From: Pseudodesulfovibrio mercurii
GTDB lineage: Bacteria; Desulfobacterota; Desulfovibrionia; Desulfovibrionales; Desulfovibrionaceae
Length of the DNA: 32,000 nucleotides
Assembly: GCF_000189295.2 (NCBI RefSeq)
Contig: NC_016803.1
Coordinates: 3,480,001-3,512,000, forward strand
Reading direction: 5' to 3'
In this document: positions 9,538 to 19,206 of the stretch, in pieces
Position numbering within the stretch: the first letter of the stretch is position 1
How the letters are laid out: each line of letters begins with the position of its first letter
The notes under the pieces: generated by a model
Seen by the model: the letters and a program-made list of their open reading frames with translations, nothing else
Database searches by the model: none
Told to the model about the DNA's origin: nothing
Position numbers and translations under genes: made by a program

Positions 9538-10149
9538 GTGGATAGGACCCTGCCCCTTTCCGCGTTGCAGCACTATCTGTACTGCCCGAGGCAGTGCGCG
9601 CTCATCCACGTGGAAAAGGTCTGGGAGGAAAACCGGTTCACCGCCGAGGGACGGCTTCTGCACCTGCGTGCCGATGCCGGGGGGGCCGGTCGGCGCGGGG
9701 GCGTGGTCCAGGACCGGGCCGTGCCCCTGCGCAGCGACCGGCTGGGGCTGTACGGCGTGGCCGATGTGGTCGAGCTGCGGCCCGGGCCGGACGGCCGCGA
9801 GGCGCCGTATCCCGTGGAGTACAAGCGCGGCAGCCCCAAGATCGAGGACTGGGACCGGGTCCAACTCTGCGCACAGGCCCTGTGCCTGGAGGAGATGCTC
9901 GGCGTGACCGTGCCCGAGGGGGCCATCTTCTACGGCAAGCCCCGCCGCCGGGAACGGGTGGTCTTCGACGCCCCTTTGCGGGAGGCCGTGGAGCGGCATT
10001 GCCGCGAACTGCACGCCATGATCGAGGCGGCCGCAACGCCCGAACCCGTGCCGGGCAAGTTGTGCAGGGGCTGCTCGCTCCGGGACGCATGCATGCCCGG
10101 CACCTCCCGGCACGTGGAAAGCTATCTGCAAAGGGGGTTGGACCCGTGA
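9538..10149 (+). CDS. cas4: Cas4 RecB-like nuclease with Fe-S cysteines
   Basis: GTG 9538 lies 2 nt after the cas7 stop. The N-terminus reads LPLSALQHYLYCPRQCALIHVE and the C-terminal cysteine cluster reads CRGCSLRDAC. The longer ORF-track extension (from 8974) overlaps cas7 and is rejected. Confidence 0.88.
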   Translation: MDRTLPLSALQHYLYCPRQCALIHVEKVWEENRFTAEGRLLHLRADAGGAGRRGGVVQDRAVPLRSDRLGLYGVADVVELRPGPDGREAPYPVEYKRGSPKIEDWDRVQLCAQALCLEEMLGVTVPEGAIFYGKPRRRERVVFDAPLREAVERHCRELHAMIEAAATPEPVPGKLCRGCSLRDACMPGTSRHVESYLQRGLDP

Positions 10150-11177
10150 AGAAACTGCTGAACACGCTCTACGTCACCTCCCAGGGCAGCTACCTGTCCA
10201 AGGACGGCGAGTGCGTGGTGGTGCGCACCGAGGACGGGGAGAAGCGCCGCTTCCCGGCCCACGTGCTGGGCGGCATCGTCTGCTTCGGCAACGTGCTGTG
10301 CAGCCCGTTTCTGCTGGGCCACTGCGGTGAAAAAGGGTTGGCCGTCTCGTTTCTGACCGAACGGGGGCGGTATCTGGCCGGGGTGCGCGGTCCGCAGAGC
10401 GGCAATGTCCTGCTCCGGCGGGCCCAGTACCGGCTGGCCGACGATCCGGACGATGCGTCGCGCCTGGCCCGGTCGGTCATCGTCGGCAAGGTCGCCAACT
10501 CACGGGCCGTGCTCCGTCGGTGTCTGCGCGACCACGGGGGGCGTGTTGACCGCGACGCCCTGGACAGGGCCGTGGCCGTGCTCGACGACTGCGCAGAGCG
10601 CCTTCGTCGCCCGGTCTCCCTGGACGAGGCGCGCGGTATGGAAGGACGGGCGGCCAACACCTATTTTGCGGTTTTCGGCAACCTGATCCTCGCGGAGGAC
10701 CCCGCCTTTCGCTTCGTGGGCCGCAACCGGCGGCCGCCGCTGGATGTGGCCAACTGCCTGCTTTCCTTCATCTACACTCTGCTCGCCCACGACGTGCGTT
10801 CCGCCCTGGAGGCGGTGGGGCTCGATCCGCAGGTGGGCTTTCTGCATCGCGACCGGCCGGGCCGTCCGGGGCTGGCCCTGGACGTCATGGAGGAGTTCCG
10901 GCCGGTTCTGGCCGACCGGCTGGTTCTGTCACTGATCAACCGGGGCGAGGTGCGCGCCAGGGGCTTCGTGCGCAAGGAAAGCGGCGCGGTGTTCATGGAT
11001 GACGACACGCGCAAGGCGGTCCTCACGGCCTGGCAGAAACGCAAGCAGGACGAGGTGATGCATCCGTTCCTGAAGGAACGCATCGCGCTCGGCCTGGCCT
11101 TTCACGTGCAGGCGCAGCTCATGGCCCGGGCCGTGCGCGGCGACTTGGACGGCTATCCGCCCTACTTCTGGAAGTGA
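10146..11177 (+). CDS. cas1: Cas1 integrase
   Basis: GTG 10146 overlaps the cas4 stop (GTGA). The protein is 343 aa. The N-terminus KKLLNTLYVTSQGSYLSKDGECVVV and conserved blocks such as GFLHRDRPGRPGLALDVMEEFRP are typical of Cas1. Confidence 0.95.
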   Translation: MKKLLNTLYVTSQGSYLSKDGECVVVRTEDGEKRRFPAHVLGGIVCFGNVLCSPFLLGHCGEKGLAVSFLTERGRYLAGVRGPQSGNVLLRRAQYRLADDPDDASRLARSVIVGKVANSRAVLRRCLRDHGGRVDRDALDRAVAVLDDCAERLRRPVSLDEARGMEGRAANTYFAVFGNLILAEDPAFRFVGRNRRPPLDVANCLLSFIYTLLAHDVRSALEAVGLDPQVGFLHRDRPGRPGLALDVMEEFRPVLADRLVLSLINRGEVRARGFVRKESGAVFMDDDTRKAVLTAWQKRKQDEVMHPFLKERIALGLAFHVQAQLMARAVRGDLDGYPPYFWK

Positions 11178-11179
11178 GT

Positions 11180-11473
11180 ATGCTGGTACTGGTCAGTTAC
11201 GACGTCAGTTTCGAGGAGCCGGACGGCAAGCGGCGGTTGCGCAAGATCGCCAAGGTTTGCGAAAATTTCGGGCAACGGGTGCAATATTCCGTGTTCGAAT
11301 GCGTGGTCGAGCCCGCCCAGTGGGTCCAGTTGCGCCATCGGTTGCTCGAGGCCTACGACGAGGAGCGAGACAGCCTGCGCTTCTACTTTCTGGGCAAGAA
11401 CTGGCAGCGGCGGGTGGAGCAGCACGGCTCAGGCACCGCCTACGATCCGGAAACGGACGCCCTGATCCTCTAG
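11180..11473 (+). CDS. cas2: Cas2
   Basis: ATG 11180 lies 3 nt after the cas1 stop. The 97-aa protein begins MLVLVSYDV and contains QYSVFEC, as in Cas2 ferredoxin-fold proteins. The ORF-track GTG 11174 is an alternative start. Confidence 0.92.
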   Translation: MLVLVSYDVSFEEPDGKRRLRKIAKVCENFGQRVQYSVFECVVEPAQWVQLRHRLLEAYDEERDSLRFYFLGKNWQRRVEQHGSGTAYDPETDALIL

Positions 11474-11652
11474 CGCGAACCCCAAGTGGTGGCAAAATCC
11501 TCGGGAGGTTCGCGCGGTTGCCAATAATCGGTCATTTCAGGTAATTGAAGAATCATGTCCCGCCATGGGACATGGTGTGGCCGACCCGTTCCTGCCTGTT
11601 CGCGGAGTCCCGCCTGGAAACCCGCGCCAAGAGGACCTTCGGCCCCCCCACA
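11474..11652 (+). promoter_or_regulatory. CRISPR leader
   Basis: This is a 179-nt non-coding stretch between cas2 and repeat 1, at the opposite end of the array from the degenerate repeats. An AT-richer core (about 11518-11557) contains TTGCCA (11518-11523), but the -10 element is weak. Two stem-loops are present (11473-11515 and 11554-11574). Confidence 0.65.
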
Positions 11653-12447
11653 GTCGCCCCCCACGCGGGGGCGTGGATTGAAACGACCGGCAGCGTGCCG
11701 GGCAGCTGCGGGGCATGAGTCGCCCCCCACGCGGGGGCGTGGATTGAAACGTTGGTATCGCCATGAGATATTGGAAGCTCTAGATGTCGCCCCCCACGCG
11801 GGGGCGTGGATTGAAACTATTGATAAAGCCGCTTCCCGCGCCGCCATACCCGTCGCCCCCCACGCGGGGGCGTGGATTGAAACCTATTTCCGCGCCCGGT
11901 TCGTAGGCTGCGGATGCGTCGCCCCCCACGCGGGGGCGTGGATTGAAACATGTAATAGAGATCGTAGCCAGACACAGAAATGAACGTCGCCCCCCACGCG
12001 GGGGCGTGGATTGAAACATTACCTGTTGGATTACGTCCCAAAACCGCAGGAGTCGCCCCCCACGCGGGGGCGTGGATTGAAACAGGCAACTGGACCTCAT
12101 CCAAGTCACCGGCGAACCGTCGCCCCCCACGCGGGGGCGTGGATTGAAACTTGCGCAGCCTGGGCCGCACGCGCTTGGCCAGGGTCGCCCCCCACGCGGG
12201 GGCGTGGATTGAAACGGGCCATGATCCTGCATGACCGGCCGCCGCGCGAGGTCGCCCCCCACGCGGGGGCGTGGATTGAAACTCGGGATCACGCTTCTCG
12301 GTGATGCCGTCGAAGGTCGCCCCCCACGCGGGGGCGTGGATTGAAACTGGTTCCAGGTGTCAGGTAGTCGCGTGCTCCTGGTCGCCCCCCACGCGGGGGC
12401 GTGGATTGAAACTAGTCCGCTTCTATCCTCCTGACTCGTTGTGGTAG

Positions 12448-12481
12448 GTCGCCCCCCCACGCGGGGGGCGTGGATTGAAAC
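12448..12481 (+). repeat. Variant 34-nt CRISPR repeat (repeat 13) with a paired C and G insertion
   Basis: It reads GTCGCCCCCCCACGCGGGGGGCGTGGATTGAAAC, with 7 C and 6 G where the consensus has 6 C and 5 G. Each arm of the hairpin gains one base. Confidence 0.9.
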
Positions 12482-15400
12482 CGGTCCCGTCCAGCATCTT
12501 GGCGATGTCCGCGCGTCGCCCCCCACGCGGGGGCGTGGATTGAAACATCAATGTTCCGGCGGAGCGACGGGCCGACATGTGTCGCCCCCCACGCGGGGGC
12601 GTGGATTGAAACGAGGACGGTCCAGGACGAGGCCACGCCCTCGCGGGTCGCCCCCCACGCGGGGGCGTGGATTGAAACCACCCCGGTGACGATCGCCGGG
12701 GACCCGGCGCTGGTCGCCCCCCACGCGGGGGCGTGGATTGAAACGCCGATAGGCGGCAGGAAACACTTGCCCGCCCTGACGTCGCCCCCCACGCGGGGGC
12801 GTGGATTGAAACAAATTTTTCGCTGACGAAGACTAAAGGGGAAAATGTCGCCCCCCACGCGGGGGCGTGGATTGAAACCAGTCGCTGCGAGGGCAGGCTG
12901 GACAGAGGCAGGGTCGCCCCCCACGCGGGGGCGTGGATTGAAACCTGATGCTGGCCATGTCTGACCGGCGCGAGATCACCGGTCGCCCCCCACGCGGGGG
13001 CGTGGATTGAAACTGATTACGCTTTGAAATTTGGTGAGATAACCTGTGTCGCCCCCCACGCGGGGGCGTGGATTGAAACTTCGCCTACGTCAACCATTAC
13101 AAGTGGGACGTCGGTCGCCCCCCACGCGGGGGCGTGGATTGAAACCTCCTGCGCGTCACAGACGTGAGTGAGGTTTAACGTCGCCCCCCACGCGGGGGCG
13201 TGGATTGAAACTCATTACCAATTGATAATATTATCAACTGAAACGAGTCGCCCCCCACGCGGGGGCGTGGATTGAAACGGACCATATCGCCCAGACCCGC
13301 AGCGGGCACCGGGCGTCGCCCCCCACGCGGGGGCGTGGATTGAAACGTCTCCGGGGCATCCGGGTGCACGTCCAGGCGATGTCGCCCCCCACGCGGGGGC
13401 GTGGATTGAAACTCGTCGAAGATGCGGTTTCGGGTATCCTTGTCGGGGTCGCCCCCCACGCGGGGGCGTGGATTGAAACCCGGCGTATCTGCGTAGATAT
13501 GTCGGACATCGCCGTCGCCCCCCACGCGGGGGCGTGGATTGAAACGCCAATGAGTGTCACGAAAACCACCACTCCGGCCGTCGCCCCCCACGCGGGGGCG
13601 TGGATTGAAACTGCGCCATAGGCGAGGGCTTTGTGGAGCCCGGAGGGTCGCCCCCCACGCGGGGGCGTGGATTGAAACTCCACGCGGAGAGTATGTGTCG
13701 GCGGTGGAGCAGTCGCCCCCCACGCGGGGGCGTGGATTGAAACTTTTCTGAAAAGTTTTTTGCCAATAGGAAAATGCCGGTCGCCCCCCACGCGGGGGCG
13801 TGGATTGAAACGCGCACCGCCCTCGGGCTCGGCGCGGCAGCGACCAGTCGCCCCCCACGCGGGGGCGTGGATTGAAACGCCCTCGAACTGTCGGGGGACG
13901 ACGACCGCGATTAGTCGCCCCCCACGCGGGGGCGTGGATTGAAACCGGTCCCGTCCAGCATCTTGGCGATGTCCGCGCACGTCGCCCCCCACGCGGGGGC
14001 GTGGATTGAAACAGCCGCCCGAATAATGAGCTTATTAGTGCTGTCGCGTCGCCCCCCACGCGGGGGCGTGGATTGAAACATGGACCCCAAGGTCAAGACC
14101 ATCGAGTTCGTGGTCGCCCCCCACGCGGGGGCGTGGATTGAAACGACAGGTGCGAGTGTGGGACGATAACCGGCAAAAGGTCGCCCCCCACGCGGGGGCG
14201 TGGATTGAAACATGGAGCCGTCCAGGCTCAAAGTCCTCAACGGGGCCGTCGCCCCCCACGCGGGGGCGTGGATTGAAACTCACGCGAAACCCAACAGCCC
14301 GCCGAGCAGTAAGTCGCCCCCCACGCGGGGGCGTGGATTGAAACCTCCGGTGATCTCCAGCACGGCGGGCGACGTGGGGTCGCCCCCCACGCGGGGGCGT
14401 GGATTGAAACAAAGCGTAATCAGAAACGGTATAGGCGGTTTGATGTCGCCCCCCACGCGGGGGCGTGGATTGAAACAGCACGTGATGGCGCTGTGCGACT
14501 CGCTGATCGGGAGTCGCCCCCCACGCGGGGGCGTGGATTGAAACTTGTGTATGGATTGCGCCAATAGACGCGATACGGGTCGCCCCCCACGCGGGGGCGT
14601 GGATTGAAACCCGCCCCACGGCATGTTGCTGGCCAGGGTCAGGGCGTCGCCCCCCACGCGGGGGCGTGGATTGAAACGGTCTGCTGGGCAGGGCGACGGA
14701 CAGTCTGCGGCCGTCGCCCCCCACGCGGGGGCGTGGATTGAAACAACCACAAGACGGAAGGTGAAAGGCTCGCCAGCGGTCGCCCCCCACGCGGGGGCGT
14801 GGATTGAAACACGGTGTTGCCGTCCTCCCAAATGGTCTTGCCGGTGTCGCCCCCCACGCGGGGGCGTGGATTGAAACTTGTGCCACGTCGGATACGGTAG
14901 CGAGTACCGCGTTGTCGCCCCCCACGCGGGGGCGTGGATTGAAACGTCCGGCGACACGAGACGGTCCCCGGAACTGCGCCGTCGCCCCCCACGCGGGGGC
15001 GTGGATTGAAACAGGAGGCGGTGTGCTGTTTGCGGGAAGCCTGTGAAGTCGCCCCCCACGCGGGGGCGTGGATTGAAACGTCAGATCGCCCGCGTCTCCG
15101 TCCGGGGCCAAGTAGTCGCCCCCCACGCGGGGGCGTGGATTGAAACCTGGAGGCCTTGAGCGGCTCCATTTCGGCTACTGCGGTCGCCCCCCACGCGGGG
15201 GCGTGGATTGAAACCGCGTCCGTGGATACTTCGTAGCCCGAGGCGTTGTCGCCCCCCACGCGGGGGCGTGGATTGAAACCTAGACAAAAAGGACGCGGGG
15301 AGCCTCCAGACATTGTCGCCCCCCACGCGGGGGCGTGGATTGAAACGGCTACCGTCTTTGCCCGCTTGGCGAGGCCGTCCGTCGCCCCCCACGCGGGGGC

Positions 15401-18226
15401 GTGGATTGAAACACCGGCGATCTGACCATGACCACCTACTCCGGCGTCGCCCCCCACGCGGGGGCGTGGATTGAAACGCAGCCTGGAGCAAGGCCGATGC
15501 GTGCAGCCCGTGTCGCCCCCCACGCGGGGGCGTGGATTGAAACAGGATGCCCTTGCCCAGGGCGGTCAACACGCTCATGTCGCCCCCCACGCGGGGGCGT
15601 GGATTGAAACGATTTATTCACCGGGCGATTAAAGCCGGTGTTTGGTCGCCCCCCACGCGGGGGCGTGGATTGAAACGGCCTGCTTATGAAAGAATGTCCG
15701 TTGATACTCCAGTCGCCCCCCACGCGGGGGCGTGGATTGAAACCGATGGTCGCCGTGCCTGCCGCGATGGCGAACTGTCGCCCCCCACGCGGGGGCGTGG
15801 ATTGAAACCCGTGGCGTAGTCGCCCGGCATGTCCTCCCGTCTCGTCGCCCCCCACGCGGGGGCGTGGATTGAAACCGTGACACCGTTAAATAAATAGGTA
15901 ACACAAAATGGTCGCCCCCCACGCGGGGGCGTGGATTGAAACGAGCGTGCCGAAAAGCTTAACCTCAAAAAGTCGGGTCGCCCCCCACGCGGGGGCGTGG
16001 ATTGAAACATGTAATACAGATCATATCCAGACACGGAAAAAGTCGCCCCCCACGCGGGGGCGTGGATTGAAACGGTCAGGCTGTACCCCTTGTAACGCTT
16101 GGCTTCGGTCGCCCCCCACGCGGGGGCGTGGATTGAAACTGGCAAGCGGGGTGCCTGTGTCTGCCCTGATCCCAGTCGCCCCCCACGCGGGGGCGTGGAT
16201 TGAAACATGCTCTGCCGCTCGACGGTCACTGTCTGCCGGGTCGCCCCCCACGCGGGGGCGTGGATTGAAACGAAAGTAAATCGTTGCTGCATGCTACTCC
16301 TCCGGGTCGCCCCCCACGCGGGGGCGTGGATTGAAACCAGACCGCGACGTTCCAGGAACATCCTCAAACGTTGTCGCCCCCCACGCGGGGGCGTGGATTG
16401 AAACCTGTCCAGGTCTTGAGGTTGGACAGCGTGGGCTGGTCGCCCCCCACGCGGGGGCGTGGATTGAAACCGTTGCTAATAAGATTCGGAGCCACCGCCA
16501 AGAGGTCGCCCCCCACGCGGGGGCGTGGATTGAAACGAGCCCCAGGGCAAGGGCGAGCAGTACGGGAACGGTCGCCCCCCACGCGGGGGCGTGGATTGAA
16601 ACCAGACCGCGACGTTCCAGGAACATCCTCAAACGTTGTCGCCCCCCACGCGGGGGCGTGGATTGAAACATCAAGGCGGTTGGAATCGCGATTATCGCCG
16701 GACGTCGCCCCCCACGCGGGGGCGTGGATTGAAACTCGAAACTGCCGTCGACGTAGAGCGCCAGCACACGTCGCCCCCCACGCGGGGGCGTGGATTGAAA
16801 CCATTCCTCGCACCCGTTGCACTGGGGCGGCCTGGGTCGCCCCCCACGCGGGGGCGTGGATTGAAACTGCCCCAGCTCGTATGCGCCCGGCACCTGTAGT
16901 AGTCGCCCCCCACGCGGGGGCGTGGATTGAAACCGTGGCCGCATATGCACCGGACCAGGAGTCGAAGTCGCCCCCCACGCGGGGGCGTGGATTGAAACGA
17001 GCAGATCCTGATATGCGAGGCGCTGGCCGACGAGTCGCCCCCCACGCGGGGGCGTGGATTGAAACTATAAGCCCAGGACTACCGTCGCCACCAGCAACAG
17101 TCGCCCCCCACGCGGGGGCGTGGATTGAAACAATCCTAACTCCAACCAGGGGAGCGCATCGTGAGTCGCCCCCCACGCGGGGGCGTGGATTGAAACCGCC
17201 TCTCGCCCTGCCCGAGCCGCCGAAGCCTAAGGTCGCCCCCCACGCGGGGGCGTGGATTGAAACGCTCGGGGGGGTACACCCACCCCATCGAGGCCTGGTC
17301 GCCCCCCACGCGGGGGCGTGGATTGAAACTTTCTCCGGCGGCGAGACTGACCTGTTCCGTGAGGTCGCCCCCCACGCGGGGGCGTGGATTGAAACTTGAC
17401 CTGCCAGGGTGTAGTCGTGGTTGCCATGGGGTCGCCCCCCACGCGGGGGCGTGGATTGAAACTGTCGAGCAGGGACGCCGATAAATGCCGTATCGCGTGG
17501 TCGCCCCCCACGCGGGGGCGTGGATTGAAACGTCGGTCAGTGTAAGTTCGGTGCCGTTGACGGTTGGTCGCCCCCCACGCGGGGGCGTGGATTGAAACCA
17601 CGTCGCGTGGATGCCCTTGATCGCCTTGGCCGTCGCCCCCCACGCGGGGGCGTGGATTGAAACTCTGTTTTCGAAAACCGTGACCACGGTCTCAGTGACG
17701 TCGCCCCCCACGCGGGGGCGTGGATTGAAACTGCAATGAATAGGCAGGAAAGCTCTACAGGATGGTCGCCCCCCACGCGGGGGCGTGGATTGAAACCCTG
17801 GCGCACCGCTGCGGAGTGCATCGACTGGTCGTCGCCCCCCACGCGGGGGCGTGGATTGAAACACCTGGGCGTCGGGGCCATCGGCAACGGCGGTGCTGGT
17901 CGCCCCCCACGCGGGGGCGTGGATTGAAACACCTCCTCCATCATCAGGGCGTCGGTGATCATGGTCGCCCCCCACGCGGGGGCGTGGATTGAAACCGCCC
18001 CGAGGAGTAGCGCAAAGGTCCGCATGGTGTCGCCCCCCACGCGGGGGCGTGGATTGAAACCTGCAATGACTGCGACCGGCGGCATGCCCAGGAGTCGCCC
18101 CCCACGCGGGGGCGTGGATTGAAACCACGCGGACTCGCGCAAAATCTGGTCCGCCCTGTGTCGCCCCCCACGCGGGGGCGTGGTTTGAAACGACACCGTG
18201 GACACCAGGGACTGCTCCGGCAACTC

Positions 18227-18260
18227 GTCGCTCCCCACGCGGGACGTGGAGCGTGAAATC
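18227..18260 (+). repeat. Degenerate terminal CRISPR repeat (repeat 100)
   Basis: The sequence GTCGCTCCCCACGCGGGACGTGGAGCGTGAAATC matches the consensus over the first 17 nt apart from one mismatch, then diverges. Leader-distal repeats typically decay in this way. Confidence 0.75.
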
Positions 18261-18361
18261 TGGAACTTGCAAGGCTTCACCGTTGGTGGTTGCGGAGAAT
18301 GGTGCGCGAGGGCTGAAACCGGGGGTGTCCGGTCAGTTCCGTGACCTCCGGGAATCCGGGG

Positions 18362-19204
18362 TTATTCCACGGTGAGGGTCAGGGTGTGGGTCAGGGTGGC
18401 GGTGGCGTCGGTGCCTCGGAAGGCGCCTTGGGCCGGGGCGGTCTGGGCCGGGTCGTGGGAGGCGGCCAGGGCCAGGTGGCGGTCGGCCGTGAGCAGGCCG
18501 TGGGTGGGGTCCAGGCCGAGCCAGCCCGCGCCGGGCAGGTAGGCCTCGGCCCAGGCGTGCAGGTCGCGCTTGTCCTGGGCGTCGTCGCCGGACTGGTAGC
18601 CGGACACGAACCGGGCCGGAATGCCCGCCCGGCGGCAGCAGGCGATGAACAGGACGGCCGAGTCGCGGCAGGCTCCCCGGCGCTCGCGGCAGACCGTGGC
18701 CGGGGCGAGGATGCCGGGCTCCCGGCGGATGACCTTGGCCACGTTGCCGAAGATCCAGGCGTTGAGTTCCAGCAGGAAGTCCAGGCCACGCCCGTCCGAG
18801 CGGTCCAGGAGGGAGCCGGTCAGGGCGGCCACGGCGTCGTCGGCCGCGTCGGTCCGCAGGCAGGGGGCCAGGGCCCGTTCCTCGGCCGGGGCAAAGGCGG
18901 GCGGAACGCGGCAGGCCGCGTCGTCGAGCAGGAAGCCGAAGGGATTGGCGCGCAGGGTCTCGGCCGTGGTCAGGGCCTCCACGGTCAGGGTCTCGGTCAG
19001 GCCGTCGAACCAGGCCTGGACAAAGGGATTGCCCTCGGCGTCCGTGCCCTCGAAGCGTCCGGCGGGGGCGGGGTTGATGCGCAGTTCGTGGGCCAGCACG
19101 CGCTGGCAGGCGTCCTGCCTCGGGGTCAGGCGAAAGGTGTGGGGTTCGAGGAAAACCGGCCGGGAGTAGGCGTATCGGGTCAGGTGGCGCAGGGTGAAGC
19201 GCAC
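18362..19204 (-). CDS. Transglutaminase-like cysteine protease-fold protein (Bact_transglu_N + transglutaminase core), Anbu-operon member
   Basis: The preferred start is GTG 19204, 2 nt after the Anbu stop, giving 280 aa. The N-terminus is RFTLRHLTRYAYSRPV. Catalytic-triad contexts are GACRDSAVLF (Cys), HAWAEAY (His) and GLDPTHG (Asp). The 447-aa ORF-track extension overlaps the upstream gene and is rejected. Confidence 0.85.
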   Translation of the reverse strand: MRFTLRHLTRYAYSRPVFLEPHTFRLTPRQDACQRVLAHELRINPAPAGRFEGTDAEGNPFVQAWFDGLTETLTVEALTTAETLRANPFGFLLDDAACRVPPAFAPAEERALAPCLRTDAADDAVAALTGSLLDRSDGRGLDFLLELNAWIFGNVAKVIRREPGILAPATVCRERRGACRDSAVLFIACCRRAGIPARFVSGYQSGDDAQDKRDLHAWAEAYLPGAGWLGLDPTHGLLTADRHLALAASHDPAQTAPAQGAFRGTDATATLTHTLTLTVE

Positions 19205-19206
19205 GC

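Larger units (their letters stand above)
11653..18260 (+). CRISPR. Type I-C CRISPR array: 100 repeats, 99 spacers
   Basis: The 32-nt repeat is GTCGCCCCCCACGCGGGGGCGTGGATTGAAAC, with a GC hairpin and an ATTGAAAC 3' end typical of I-C. I enumerated the repeats one by one, from repeat 1 at 11653 to repeat 99 at 18160 and repeat 100 at 18227. Spacers are 33-37 nt. Orientation follows from the cas2-proximal leader and from repeat decay at the far end: repeat 99 has one A-to-T change and repeat 100 is heavily degenerate. Confidence 0.98.

Noticed and set aside
11470-18280. Dozens of ORFs on both strands across the array, with recurring peptides such as FQSTPPRGGR, VSIHAPAWGAT, FNPRPRVGGD, SPPTRGRGLK and VAPHAGAWIET.
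   Set aside because: These peptides are the six-frame translations of the 32-nt CRISPR repeat, which has no stop codon in several frames. The ORFs exist only because the GC-rich repeat is reiterated. They are not genes.
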